Assembly (NCBI GenBank): GCA_020638905.1
Contig: JACKHP010000002.1
Coordinates: 258,910-322,909 of the forward strand
Reading direction: 5' to 3'
Source: Planctomycetota bacterium
GTDB lineage: Bacteria > Planctomycetota > B15-G4
DNA: 64,000 bases
A program made the position numbers and the translations under genes. The notes below the pieces were generated by a model, which was given only the letters and a program-made list of their open reading frames with translations, did not search any database and was not told where the DNA came from. Positions 8,603 to 16,405 of this stretch are shown here, in pieces. Position 1 is the first letter of the stretch, and the number at the start of each line of letters is the position of its first letter.

Positions 8603-9954
8603 CAGGACTCTCCCTGCATCGAGGCGGAGGAGGACGGCGGGTTGCCCGGCGCGCGGCCGGACGGAGACGAGCGCGACGCGGAGGCGTCGGCGGAGGCGGC
8701 CGACGTCGCGCCGCCCTCGGCGGGCGAGCCCGCACCGGCGGACGCGGCGCGCTCGCGGGCCGCGAGGTCGCGACGTCCCGCGAGCACGGCCGGCATGGCG
8801 TGGATCTTGCCGAAGCCCGCGGCCTCGGCGCCGGTCCAGGCGGAGGCGCTCTCGCCGTAGACGGCGGTGGCGGCGTCCATGAGCGAGTGCGGAGAGCGCA
8901 CGCCGACGACCTCGGCCGTGCCGGCCGCGAGCCGCACGCGCGCTTCGCCCGCCACGAGCCGGTTGCTCGACTCGAGCAGCGCCTCGAGGTCGCGCAGCAC
9001 GGGATCGTGGTAGCAGCCTTCGTGCAGCAGCATGCCCCAGAAGTCGCCGGCCTGGCGCATCCAGTGCGCCTGCCACTTGGTGAGCACGAGCTTCGACAGC
9101 TCGCGGTGCGCCTTGACGAGCACGAGCGGACCGGGTGCCTCGAACACGACGCGTCCCTTGACGCCCAGGATCGTGTCGCCGAGGTGGATGCCGCGTCCGA
9201 AGCCGTGGGCTCCGGCGCGCGCATTGAGCGCGGCGACGAGTTCGGGGCCCGCGAGGCGCTCGCCGTCCAGCGAGACGGCGCGTCCCTGCTCGAAGCCGAG
9301 CACGAGTTCCTCGGGCGGGAGCGCGTTCGTCTCGGGGTTGGCCGTGGCCGCGTAGACAGACTCGGGCGGGACCGTCCAAGGGTCGTGGGTCTCGCGTCCG
9401 CCGATGGTCGTGCCGAACAGTCCCGCGTTGAGCGAGTAGCCGACGGTCGCGTCGGACACCGGGACTCCGCGCGCGACGAGCCAGTCGCGCTCGGCCTGGC
9501 GCGAGAGGTGCAGCTCGCGCACCGGCGCGAGGATCTGCAGGTCGGGCGCCAGCGCCGCGAGCGCCCCGTCGAAGCGGATCTGGTCGTTGCCGGCGCCGGT
9601 CGAGCCGTGGGCGATGGCCGTCGCGTGCACCTCGCGCGCCACGCGCACGACCGCCTCGGCCTGGGCCGTGCGCTCGGCCGCCACCGACACGGGATACACG
9701 CCGCCGCGCAGCACGTCGCCCATCACGAGGTACGACACGAAGCGGTCCCACACGACCTGACGCGCGTCGACGGTGTAGTGCTCGCTCGCGCCGCAGGCCA
9801 GCGCCCGCGCGCGGATGCCGTCGAGCCCGGCGGCGTCGAAGCCGCCCGTGTCGACGCACACGGTGACCACCTCGTGGCCGAGTTCGTGCACGAGCCAGCC
9901 GGCGCAGAACGAGGTGTCGAGGCCGCCCGAGAAGGCGAGGACCACGGTGCTCAT
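8602..9954 (-). CDS. argG: argininosuccinate synthase (with low-complexity Ala/Ser-rich C-terminal tail)
   Basis: MSTVVLAFSGGLDTS (PP-loop), AHGSTGAGNDQIRF and SLNAGLFG. ATG at 9954. The longer ORF start at 10020 falls in the AT-rich promoter patch. Confidence 0.93.
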   Translation of the reverse strand: MSTVVLAFSGGLDTSFCAGWLVHELGHEVVTVCVDTGGFDAAGLDGIRARALACGASEHYTVDARQVVWDRFVSYLVMGDVLRGGVYPVSVAAERTAQAEAVVRVAREVHATAIAHGSTGAGNDQIRFDGALAALAPDLQILAPVRELHLSRQAERDWLVARGVPVSDATVGYSLNAGLFGTTIGGRETHDPWTVPPESVYAATANPETNALPPEELVLGFEQGRAVSLDGERLAGPELVAALNARAGAHGFGRGIHLGDTILGVKGRVVFEAPGPLVLVKAHRELSKLVLTKWQAHWMRQAGDFWGMLLHEGCYHDPVLRDLEALLESSNRLVAGEARVRLAAGTAEVVGVRSPHSLMDAATAVYGESASAWTGAEAAGFGKIHAMPAVLAGRRDLAARERAASAGAGSPAEGGATSAASADASASRSSPSGRAPGNPPSSSASMQGES

Positions 9955-9984
9955 GGAGGAGGTCCGGCGGGGAGGCGATCTGCA

Positions 9985-10003
9985 TATGCGCATTATGCGC
10001 ATA
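9985..10003. promoter_or_regulatory. perfect 19-bp palindrome TATGCGCATTATGCGCATA, candidate operator of the arg operon
   Basis: Two tandem self-complementary ATGCGCAT octamers, 31-49 nt upstream of the argG ATG. They sit inside the only AT-rich stretch (about 9981-10030) between the arg operon and the next gene. The architecture resembles an ARG box but the sequence is different. Confidence 0.45.
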
Positions 10004-10339
10004 GCAAGTAAGTTATTCACATATACGACCGCGGGCGGCCGGGCCGCAAGAGCAATCCCGTGAAGTTCCGGCGGCGGGTGCGGGATGCGGGCGGCCCGCG
10101 CGACGCCGGGCGGGGGACGCGGAGCGGGTCGTCCGCCGCTCGGCGTCTTGCGCGACGGTCACCGGCGGTCGGGCGGGATCGCGATGCACGGCAGACCCAC
10201 GATACGTCCGCCGCGCACGGCGGACGGCGTCCGATTCGAACGAGCCGCGAGCACGACACGCCCGATCGGCTTCGAGATCCGGATCGGCTTCGGCGCGCGG
10301 CGGCTCGGCGGATCCGCGTCGTCCCACCCCGAACGAAAG

Positions 10340-10371
10340 AGGGCGGGGCCGTCGATCGACGGCCCCGCCCT
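10340..10371. terminator. perfect GC-rich palindromic hairpin (AGGGCGGGGCCGTCGA/TCGACGGCCCCGCCCT)
   Basis: The two arms are exact reverse complements. On the minus strand the hairpin is followed by TCTTTCGTTCGG. It lies about 210 nt downstream of the stop of the 10581..12971 gene. Confidence 0.4.
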
Positions 10372-10580
10372 TCGATGGAACGTCGAAACCCGGACAAGGG
10401 GGGGAGAGCCGGAGAGGTTCGACGCTCCACTCGAGCGCAGGGGTCACTCCGTGGAGTGCCATGCGACGGTCTGGATCCGCCACACGCGCCCGAAGATAGG
10501 CTCGCGTCCGTCGCGTTGCCGCTGACAAGTCCGTGAGTGGAGGGCACGCGCAGTGTCACTGCGCGAAACGCCTCATGGCC

Positions 10581-12971
10581 TCACGGAGTGAGCGCCTGCA
10601 AGCCGTTCGTCGCGGACAGTCCCGCCGCTGCCGCGGGGTCGCTGATCCAGACCTGGTGATAGGTGGCAAGGCCCGCGGGAAGTCCGGCCGGCCACACGAA
10701 CGAGAGCGTCGCCTTGCCCGTCGCGTCGATCGGGATGCCGCCGAGCACGAGATCGGGACTCGGCACGAGGACGCCCTGCTTGAAGGGCGCCGCGAGCTTG
10801 CCGAGACCGATCACGAGCCACGCGCTCGAGAGCGCCTTGGCGCGCTGGATCACGAGGGTCGTCGTCTCGCCGGCGGTGAGCCCGCCCTCTCCGGTCAGGC
10901 TCGGGATGCCCGAGGAGCCCGCAAGCCCGGAGCCGAGCGAGGTCCACGTGATGTCGACCGCGAAGTGGGAGACGAAGATCTGGTTCCAATCTTCGTCGTA
11001 CGCACCGGGCGTCGAGGGTTGGTCGGCCGACGCCGACTTGCCTCCGACGACGAAGTCTCCCCCGCCCAGTGTCGCCACGTCGAAGATGAAGCCCGCCGAG
11101 TTCGTCGACCCACCGATGAACGTGCAGTAGCTCAGCGTCGCGCCGTGGTTCGTCAGGACGGCCGCCCAGGGATCGCCGATCCCGCCGCTGAAGTCGCCGT
11201 CCAGCGCGCCGGGGGTCGTCGGGAAGTCCGGCGACCGGGTGTTGCCGCCCACGATGACCGTCCCCAGATCGTCAATCGCGATCGCGTACGGATCGTCGTG
11301 CTCGGAGCCGCCGAGGTAGGTGCCCCACTCGAGCGCGTCGAGGTTCGGCGAGAGCACCCCGACGTAGCCATCGGTCTGTCCGCCGTTGTAGGACTGGTCG
11401 TAGGCCCCGGGCGTTGTCGGCGGTGCCGACGGCCCGCCGTGACCGCAGAAGGCCACCTCGCCCAGGCCGGCGAGCGCGATGTCGAGCGGGGTGGTCTGGA
11501 GCAGCGTCGCGTTCGTGAACTGCGTGAGATCCGCGGAGATCCGGCCGACGAAGGGGGCGTCGCCAGGAGAGGTCCAGGGTCCCGGATCGTAGCCTCCCGG
11601 CGGGATCGGGTAGGTCGGCGACAGGAATCCCGCCACGACGAAGTCGCCCTCGGGACCCGGCCTGATCCGGTTGATCTCGTCACCTGCGGACACTCCCCCC
11701 AGGAACGTGGACGCGACGACTTGGTCCTGCGGCGCTCGGCTCGTGTCGACGAGGGTCACGACCGCGTCGAAGAACTGCGACTTGGTTTCTTGGATCACTG
11801 CCGACGTGACGGGGTAGTCTGCAGAGTTCGACTTGCCAGCAACGGCGATCAGTCCTGCGGCTGTGTAGAGCCCGCGATTGATGACGTCGGACCCGGCGGC
11901 GCCGAGGTAGGACAGGTAATCGAGTGCACCGGTCGAGAGGTCGAACTCGGCGATGAAGCCGTCATAGGCTCCGCCCGCGTAGGCCGGCTGCATCGCGTTG
12001 GGCGTGGTCGGCAGCGACACGATCTTGGTGTAGCCGATGATCGCCGCCTTGACCGTGCCCTCGACGGCCAGCCTGCCGGCGAGCGCGTTCGAAGAGTCGT
12101 CGTGGGTCAGATACGTTGAGTACAGAAGCGAGGCCCCGTCGGCCGAGAGTCTGGACAGGAAGGCACTGAACAGGCCGAGACCGGCGGTCGGAAAAGCCGC
12201 GTCGCGCGTCGTGGGGAAATCGAGCGACTGGGTGCCACCTGTCAGCAACACCGTGCCGTCCTCGAGCACTTCCAGATCGGTGAGAGTATCGGAAGCGCTC
12301 CCTCCCAGAAACGTCGACCATACGAGATCTCCCTCGAGCGTGAGGGGACTCTTGCCCCGCCAGCCGGGGACATCGACCGCCGGATTCTCATCCGTGTCCC
12401 GGACGGTGAAGGCCACCGGGTTTCCGTCGATTCGCGCCGAGCGGATCGACAAGCGGAGCGACCCGCTGCCGGCTTGGCACGACAGGCCGGCGTCCGAACA
12501 ACTCGTCGAAGACACGCCCTGCAACGCGATCGGCGTGCAACGCACACCTTCGATCGGGGTGCCGCGCCGCAGCGTGAAGCCGACACCGTTCGTGCCCGTC
12601 GTCAACCGGAGAACCGTGCCGTCGACCGAGACGGCCTCGATCGTGCTCGCTGATGGCACGGCCTCCATCCGCAGCGCGCCAGGCCCGTAGAGATTGACCG
12701 GAACGACCTCTCCGATCACGGTCACCGACTCGAGGCCGCTCGTCCCGAGCCCGACCCGCACGAGCCCCGGAACCTCGGCGTCCGACCACGCGAGCCAGAG
12801 TCCGTCGCGCCGGACCTGGATCGCACCGCCCCGCATGCCCGCGGCGGCGAGGAGGTCGTCGTCCCACTGACCGACGTTCTGCACGAACGTCCAGTGATCA
12901 GGCAGTTCGGTCTGGGACGGGGCGACCTGCGCGAGGGCGGCCACCAGGGTGACGACGACGAGGTACCACAT
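10581..12971 (-). CDS. secreted SBBP beta-propeller-repeat protein with a shared C-terminal module
   Basis: Signal peptide MWYLVVVTLVAALAQVAPSQ. N-terminal FVQNVGQWDDD block. Repeated units such as FLGGSASDTLTDLEVLEDGTVLLTGGTQSLDFPTT and YLGGSEHDDPYAIAIDDLGTVIVGGNTRSPDFPTTPGA. Confidence 0.85.
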   Translation of the reverse strand: MWYLVVVTLVAALAQVAPSQTELPDHWTFVQNVGQWDDDLLAAAGMRGGAIQVRRDGLWLAWSDAEVPGLVRVGLGTSGLESVTVIGEVVPVNLYGPGALRMEAVPSASTIEAVSVDGTVLRLTTGTNGVGFTLRRGTPIEGVRCTPIALQGVSSTSCSDAGLSCQAGSGSLRLSIRSARIDGNPVAFTVRDTDENPAVDVPGWRGKSPLTLEGDLVWSTFLGGSASDTLTDLEVLEDGTVLLTGGTQSLDFPTTRDAAFPTAGLGLFSAFLSRLSADGASLLYSTYLTHDDSSNALAGRLAVEGTVKAAIIGYTKIVSLPTTPNAMQPAYAGGAYDGFIAEFDLSTGALDYLSYLGAAGSDVINRGLYTAAGLIAVAGKSNSADYPVTSAVIQETKSQFFDAVVTLVDTSRAPQDQVVASTFLGGVSAGDEINRIRPGPEGDFVVAGFLSPTYPIPPGGYDPGPWTSPGDAPFVGRISADLTQFTNATLLQTTPLDIALAGLGEVAFCGHGGPSAPPTTPGAYDQSYNGGQTDGYVGVLSPNLDALEWGTYLGGSEHDDPYAIAIDDLGTVIVGGNTRSPDFPTTPGALDGDFSGGIGDPWAAVLTNHGATLSYCTFIGGSTNSAGFIFDVATLGGGDFVVGGKSASADQPSTPGAYDEDWNQIFVSHFAVDITWTSLGSGLAGSSGIPSLTGEGGLTAGETTTLVIQRAKALSSAWLVIGLGKLAAPFKQGVLVPSPDLVLGGIPIDATGKATLSFVWPAGLPAGLATYHQVWISDPAAAAGLSATNGLQALTP

Positions 12972-12980
12972 CAGAAGCGC

Positions 12981-13344
12981 TCACCCAGGAACACATAGTT
13001 GGGGGTCGATCCCGGCACCCGTACCCAGGAAGACCCAGAGCTCCCCACGCGTCTCCACCGAATCCGGCTCGTTGAGCCCGCCGACGACAAGATCGACGTA
13101 GCCATCGCTGTTCACGTCATGGCTCGTGATCTTCGAGCCGAAGTGATCGTTGGTCTTGCAGTCCGCGTCGTGCGCGGGATCCGCCACGCTCTCGCAGTCG
13201 AGCGGGAATCCGGTGGGTCCTGTGGGGTGCGGATCAGGATTGTCGAGCACGCAGTCCGCCTGACAGGCGTAGTACTCAGGGGGGGACCTGCGCGGATGTC
13301 GATGAGCACCACACGACGAGCATGGCCAGCGCCAACGGCTTCAC
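12981..13344 (-). pseudogene. small secreted FG-GAP/VCBS-type protein, frame broken at a G7/C7 homopolymer (or assembly error)
   Basis: GTG at 13344 follows GAGGAG and encodes the signal peptide VKPLALAMLVVWCSSTSAQVPP, then stops at TGA 13276-13278. The rest (..PEYYACQADCVLDNPDPH...DVNSDGYVDLVVGG...) continues in the +1 frame. Removing one G from the run at 13279-13285 joins the two parts. Confidence 0.6.
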
Positions 13345-13451
13345 GATCTCTTCTCCTCGAGGTCGGTGACTTCCCCAGTCACCCGGGCTGCCCGGTACGA
13401 GCAAGGCTATGCCCGTTCCGACGAACCGTCAAGCCAAGTGTCGGGCCTTCG

Positions 13452-13892
13452 TCAGGTCGCCCCGCCCACTCTGTAGAGCAGCACGTACACGAGCACGCCG
13501 GTGACCGAGACGTACAGCCACACGGGCAGCGTGATGCGCGCGACCTGCTTGTGGCGCGCGAGATCGCCGCGCAGCGCGGCGACGAGCAGCCAGACGATGA
13601 ACGGCACCATGAGTCCGGCCAGCACGACGTGCGGGATCAGGACCGCGAAGTAGAGCGTGCGCAGCCAGCCCTCGCCCTGGAACTTCACCGACTCGGTCGT
13701 GGCGTGGTACTGCAGGTACGAGACCAGGAAGACCGTCGAAACCGCGAACGCCGCGAGCATGAGACGCTTGTGCAGCGCCTCGTTGCGTCCGCCGCGGGCG
13801 ATCGGAGGCCAACCCCTGATCGCGCACCAACCCGCGGCGAGCAGCAGCGCCGCCGTGCCGTTCAGCAGCGCGTGCAGCGCGGGACGACTCAC
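13452..13892 (-). CDS. DUF420-family membrane protein (CtaM-like, cytochrome oxidase associated)
   Basis: 146-aa product with four hydrophobic helices (..LHALLNGTAALLLAAGW.., ..HKRLMLAAFAVSTVFLVSYL.., ..LIPHVVLAG..). GTGA overlap with the upstream SCO1 stop at 13889-13892. Confidence 0.7.
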   Translation of the reverse strand: MSRPALHALLNGTAALLLAAGWCAIRGWPPIARGGRNEALHKRLMLAAFAVSTVFLVSYLQYHATTESVKFQGEGWLRTLYFAVLIPHVVLAGLMVPFIVWLLVAALRGDLARHKQVARITLPVWLYVSVTGVLVYVLLYRVGGAT

Positions 13893-14779
13893 TGCGCCGC
13901 GAGCGCCGCGAGCTTCTGCGCGTCGTCCTTCAGCTCGCGCAGCTTGGCCTGGTCGTTGTACGCGTAGTATCCGCGCACGCGGCCCTCGGCGTCGACGAGC
14001 GCGAAGCGTCCGCTGTGGAACATGGGCGGCATGCCGGCCACCTCGGTGCCGCGGGCGTTGACCGGCAGCTTGAAGCCGCTGTCGGCCAGGCTCTGGATGC
14101 CGTCGGACGTCCCGGTGAGCAGCCGCCACTGTTCCTTGCCGGTGCCGTACCGCTTGCGGTAGCCGGCGAGCACGCCGGGTTCGTCGTACCCGGGGTCGAC
14201 GGTGATCGAGAGCAGCTTGGCGGCCAGTCCCTCGCGCGCGAGCTGCGCGAAGATCGACGACATCTCGGGACACGGACCCGAGCAGCGCGTGAAGATGAAG
14301 TCGACCACCCACACCTGGCCGCGCATGTCGGCCCGCGTGAACGCCTTGCCGTCGTCGTCCACGAGCTCGAAGTCGGGCAGCAGACCGTGGACGGGCAGTC
14401 CCGTGCCGTCGTCGACCTGCGCCGGACCTTCGTCGGCGCCGAAGAACGCCGCCAGCCGGGCGACCTCGGCGTCGTCGTCGTCTTCGTCCGCCTCGTCGTC
14501 GTCGTCCCGGGACGCGGCCTTCTGGGCGGCCGCGCCGTGCTCGCCGTCGGCCAGGATCGTGCCCGACGCCGCATCGTCGAGGTGCTCCTCGGGCAGCTCG
14601 CAGCACGCGGCGGGCGCGGCCGCGTCGTCGGCCCTGGCCTCGGAGGGCTCGGCCTTCGACGTGCAGCCGGCGAGCAGCGCCGCGAGCGCGAGCGCACCCG
14701 CGACGAGCGCCGGACGCGCGCCCGCGTCGGGACGCGCCGCGGGGCGCGTGGGACCAGTCGTGCGGGAGCGCGTGCTCAT
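13889..14779 (-). CDS. SCO1/SenC-family copper chaperone lipoprotein
   Basis: Lipobox LLAGC. Acidic linker DDDDEADEDDDD. Thioredoxin-fold block VWVVDFIFTRCSGPCPEM and LSITVDPGYDEP. ATGA overlap with the upstream gene at 14776-14779. Confidence 0.88.
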   Translation of the reverse strand: MSTRSRTTGPTRPAARPDAGARPALVAGALALAALLAGCTSKAEPSEARADDAAAPAACCELPEEHLDDAASGTILADGEHGAAAQKAASRDDDDEADEDDDDAEVARLAAFFGADEGPAQVDDGTGLPVHGLLPDFELVDDDGKAFTRADMRGQVWVVDFIFTRCSGPCPEMSSIFAQLAREGLAAKLLSITVDPGYDEPGVLAGYRKRYGTGKEQWRLLTGTSDGIQSLADSGFKLPVNARGTEVAGMPPMFHSGRFALVDAEGRVRGYYAYNDQAKLRELKDDAQKLAALAAQ

Positions 14780-16404
14780 CGTCCGTCCTCCTCGTGGGTT
14801 GCGGTCTCGGGATGTGCGCCGGACGCATCGCGTGCGGCGGCCAGCGCGCGCACGTCGTCGCGCAGCTCGGCGAGCTGCAGCGCGTCGGCCGGCTCGTACG
14901 TGCCGCGCACGCGACCCTCGCCGTCGACGAGCGCGAAGCGTCCGCTGTGGAAGAGCTGCGGCAGGCCCTCGACCTCGGGCGCCTCGCCCCCCACCGGCAG
15001 GCGGAAGCCGTCGCGCGCCAGGGCCGCGATGGCCTCGGGATCGCCGGTGAGCAGGCGCCACGCGTCGTCGTCGGCCAGCGCGCCGCCCTGCCGGGCGCGG
15101 TACGCGGCGAGCGTCGCGGCGTCGTCGTGCGCGGCGTCGACGGTGATCGAGAGCAGGCGTGCGGGCAGTCCCTCGCCCGCGAGTGCGGCGTAGGACTTCG
15201 CCATGTCGACGCACTGGCCGGCGCAGCGCGTGTAGATGAAGTCGACCAGCCACACGTCGCCCAGCATGTCGCCGCGCGTGAAGGGACGTCCGTCGTCGGC
15301 GGTCAGCGCGAACTCGGGCAGCTCGCCGTACGACGGCAGCCCGCTGCCGTCGGCGGGCTGCGGCAGGACGTGGTGCACCGCGTCCGCGAGCGGCGCCGCG
15401 CGTCGGGACGGCGTGGCGCACGCGGCACACGCCGCGTCGGTGTCGGCGTGCAGCGCGCCGGACGTCGTCGCGCCGTCCGCGCAGTGCTCGCACGCGACGC
15501 CCTCGTCGACGTCCGCGACGGCCGCCGCGGCGGGACGGCAGGCCACGTCGACGACGAGTGACGCCAGCACCAGCGGCAGGTAGAGCACCGACGCCACCAC
15601 CACGCGTCGCGCGCCGCGCCGGTCGGGTTGCCGGAAGAATCCCAGCGCGGAGACGAGGAACAGCAGCCCGAGGACGAGCGCCACGAAGCCGTACAGCGCG
15701 CGCGCCTGTCCCGCCAGCACGGGCAGCGCCGAGACGAGCACCACCGACATGACCTGCATCGGCATCGTCCAGCGCAGCATGCGGTCTTCGGGGTCGTCGC
15801 CGGACAGCATGCGCAGGCCGCCCCTGCTGTACTCGTCGCGGTACATCGACGCGATGGCGAAGAAGTGCGGGAGCTGCCAGAGGAAGATCAGGCCGAAGGC
15901 CGTCCAGGCCAGCAGTCCGGGGCCGGCGAGGGGCGCCGCGGCGGCCGCGCCCACCACGAGCGGCAGCGCCCCGGGGATCGCCCCGACCCACGTGTTCGTG
16001 GACGTGCGCCGCTTGAGCGGCGTGTAGATCGCGAGGTACGTGAGCGACGCGCAGGCCAGCAGCAGCGCGGCCATCCAGCCGGCGCCGGCGATCGCGACGG
16101 CCAGGCCCGCGACCAGCGCGGTCAGTCCGAAGCCGACGACCTGGGCCGACGTGAGCGCGCCGGTCACCAGCGGACGGTTCTTCGTGCGCTCCATGCGCGC
16201 GTCGGTGTCGCGCTCGAGCCAGTGGTTGAGCGCGGTGCCGGCGGCCGAGACGAGCAGCGTGCCGAGCAGCGCCCAGGGCAGCGCGCTCCAGTCGGCGGGA
16301 CGCTCGAGCGCGTAGCCCGCCGCGCACGTGACGAGCACGAGCAGCGCGATGCGCGGACGCAGCAGCGCGGCCAGTCCCTCGCGGTCGAGCGGCGCGGCGG
16401 CCAC
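14776..16404 (-). CDS. ctaB: protohaem IX farnesyltransferase (haem O synthase) fused to a C-terminal SCO1/SenC domain
   Basis: The N-terminal two thirds contain LNHWLERDTDARMERTKNRPL (UbiA-type) and multiple TM helices. A Cys-rich linker (CEHC, CAAC) follows, then VWLVDFIYTRCAGQCVDM and LSITVDAAHDD. The GTG at 16404 starts 2 nt after the ctaA stop. An alternative ATG lies at 16464. Confidence 0.85.
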   Translation of the reverse strand: MAAAPLDREGLAALLRPRIALLVLVTCAAGYALERPADWSALPWALLGTLLVSAAGTALNHWLERDTDARMERTKNRPLVTGALTSAQVVGFGLTALVAGLAVAIAGAGWMAALLLACASLTYLAIYTPLKRRTSTNTWVGAIPGALPLVVGAAAAAPLAGPGLLAWTAFGLIFLWQLPHFFAIASMYRDEYSRGGLRMLSGDDPEDRMLRWTMPMQVMSVVLVSALPVLAGQARALYGFVALVLGLLFLVSALGFFRQPDRRGARRVVVASVLYLPLVLASLVVDVACRPAAAAVADVDEGVACEHCADGATTSGALHADTDAACAACATPSRRAAPLADAVHHVLPQPADGSGLPSYGELPEFALTADDGRPFTRGDMLGDVWLVDFIYTRCAGQCVDMAKSYAALAGEGLPARLLSITVDAAHDDAATLAAYRARQGGALADDDAWRLLTGDPEAIAALARDGFRLPVGGEAPEVEGLPQLFHSGRFALVDGEGRVRGTYEPADALQLAELRDDVRALAAARDASGAHPETATHEEDGR

Positions 16405-16405
16405 G

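Noticed and set aside
10225-10440. tRNA or tRNA-Sec-like T-loops (GGTTCGACGCTCC at about 10419 on the plus strand; GTTCGAATC at about 10229-10237 on the minus strand).
   Set aside because: The flanking bases do not form a 5-bp T-stem, and no matching acceptor stem or anticodon arm could be drawn at the right distances. tRNAscan-SE or ARAGORN would be decisive.
12971-12983. The TGA at 12981-12983 is in the same frame as the downstream SBBP gene (only three codons separate it from ATG 12971), suggesting read-through or a second Sec codon.
   Set aside because: The downstream gene starts with its own signal peptide (MWYLVVVTLVAALAQVAP) and the typical SBBP N-terminal block. The upstream protein ends without any redox motif around the TGA, and no SECIS-like hairpin follows. 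These are two separate genes.
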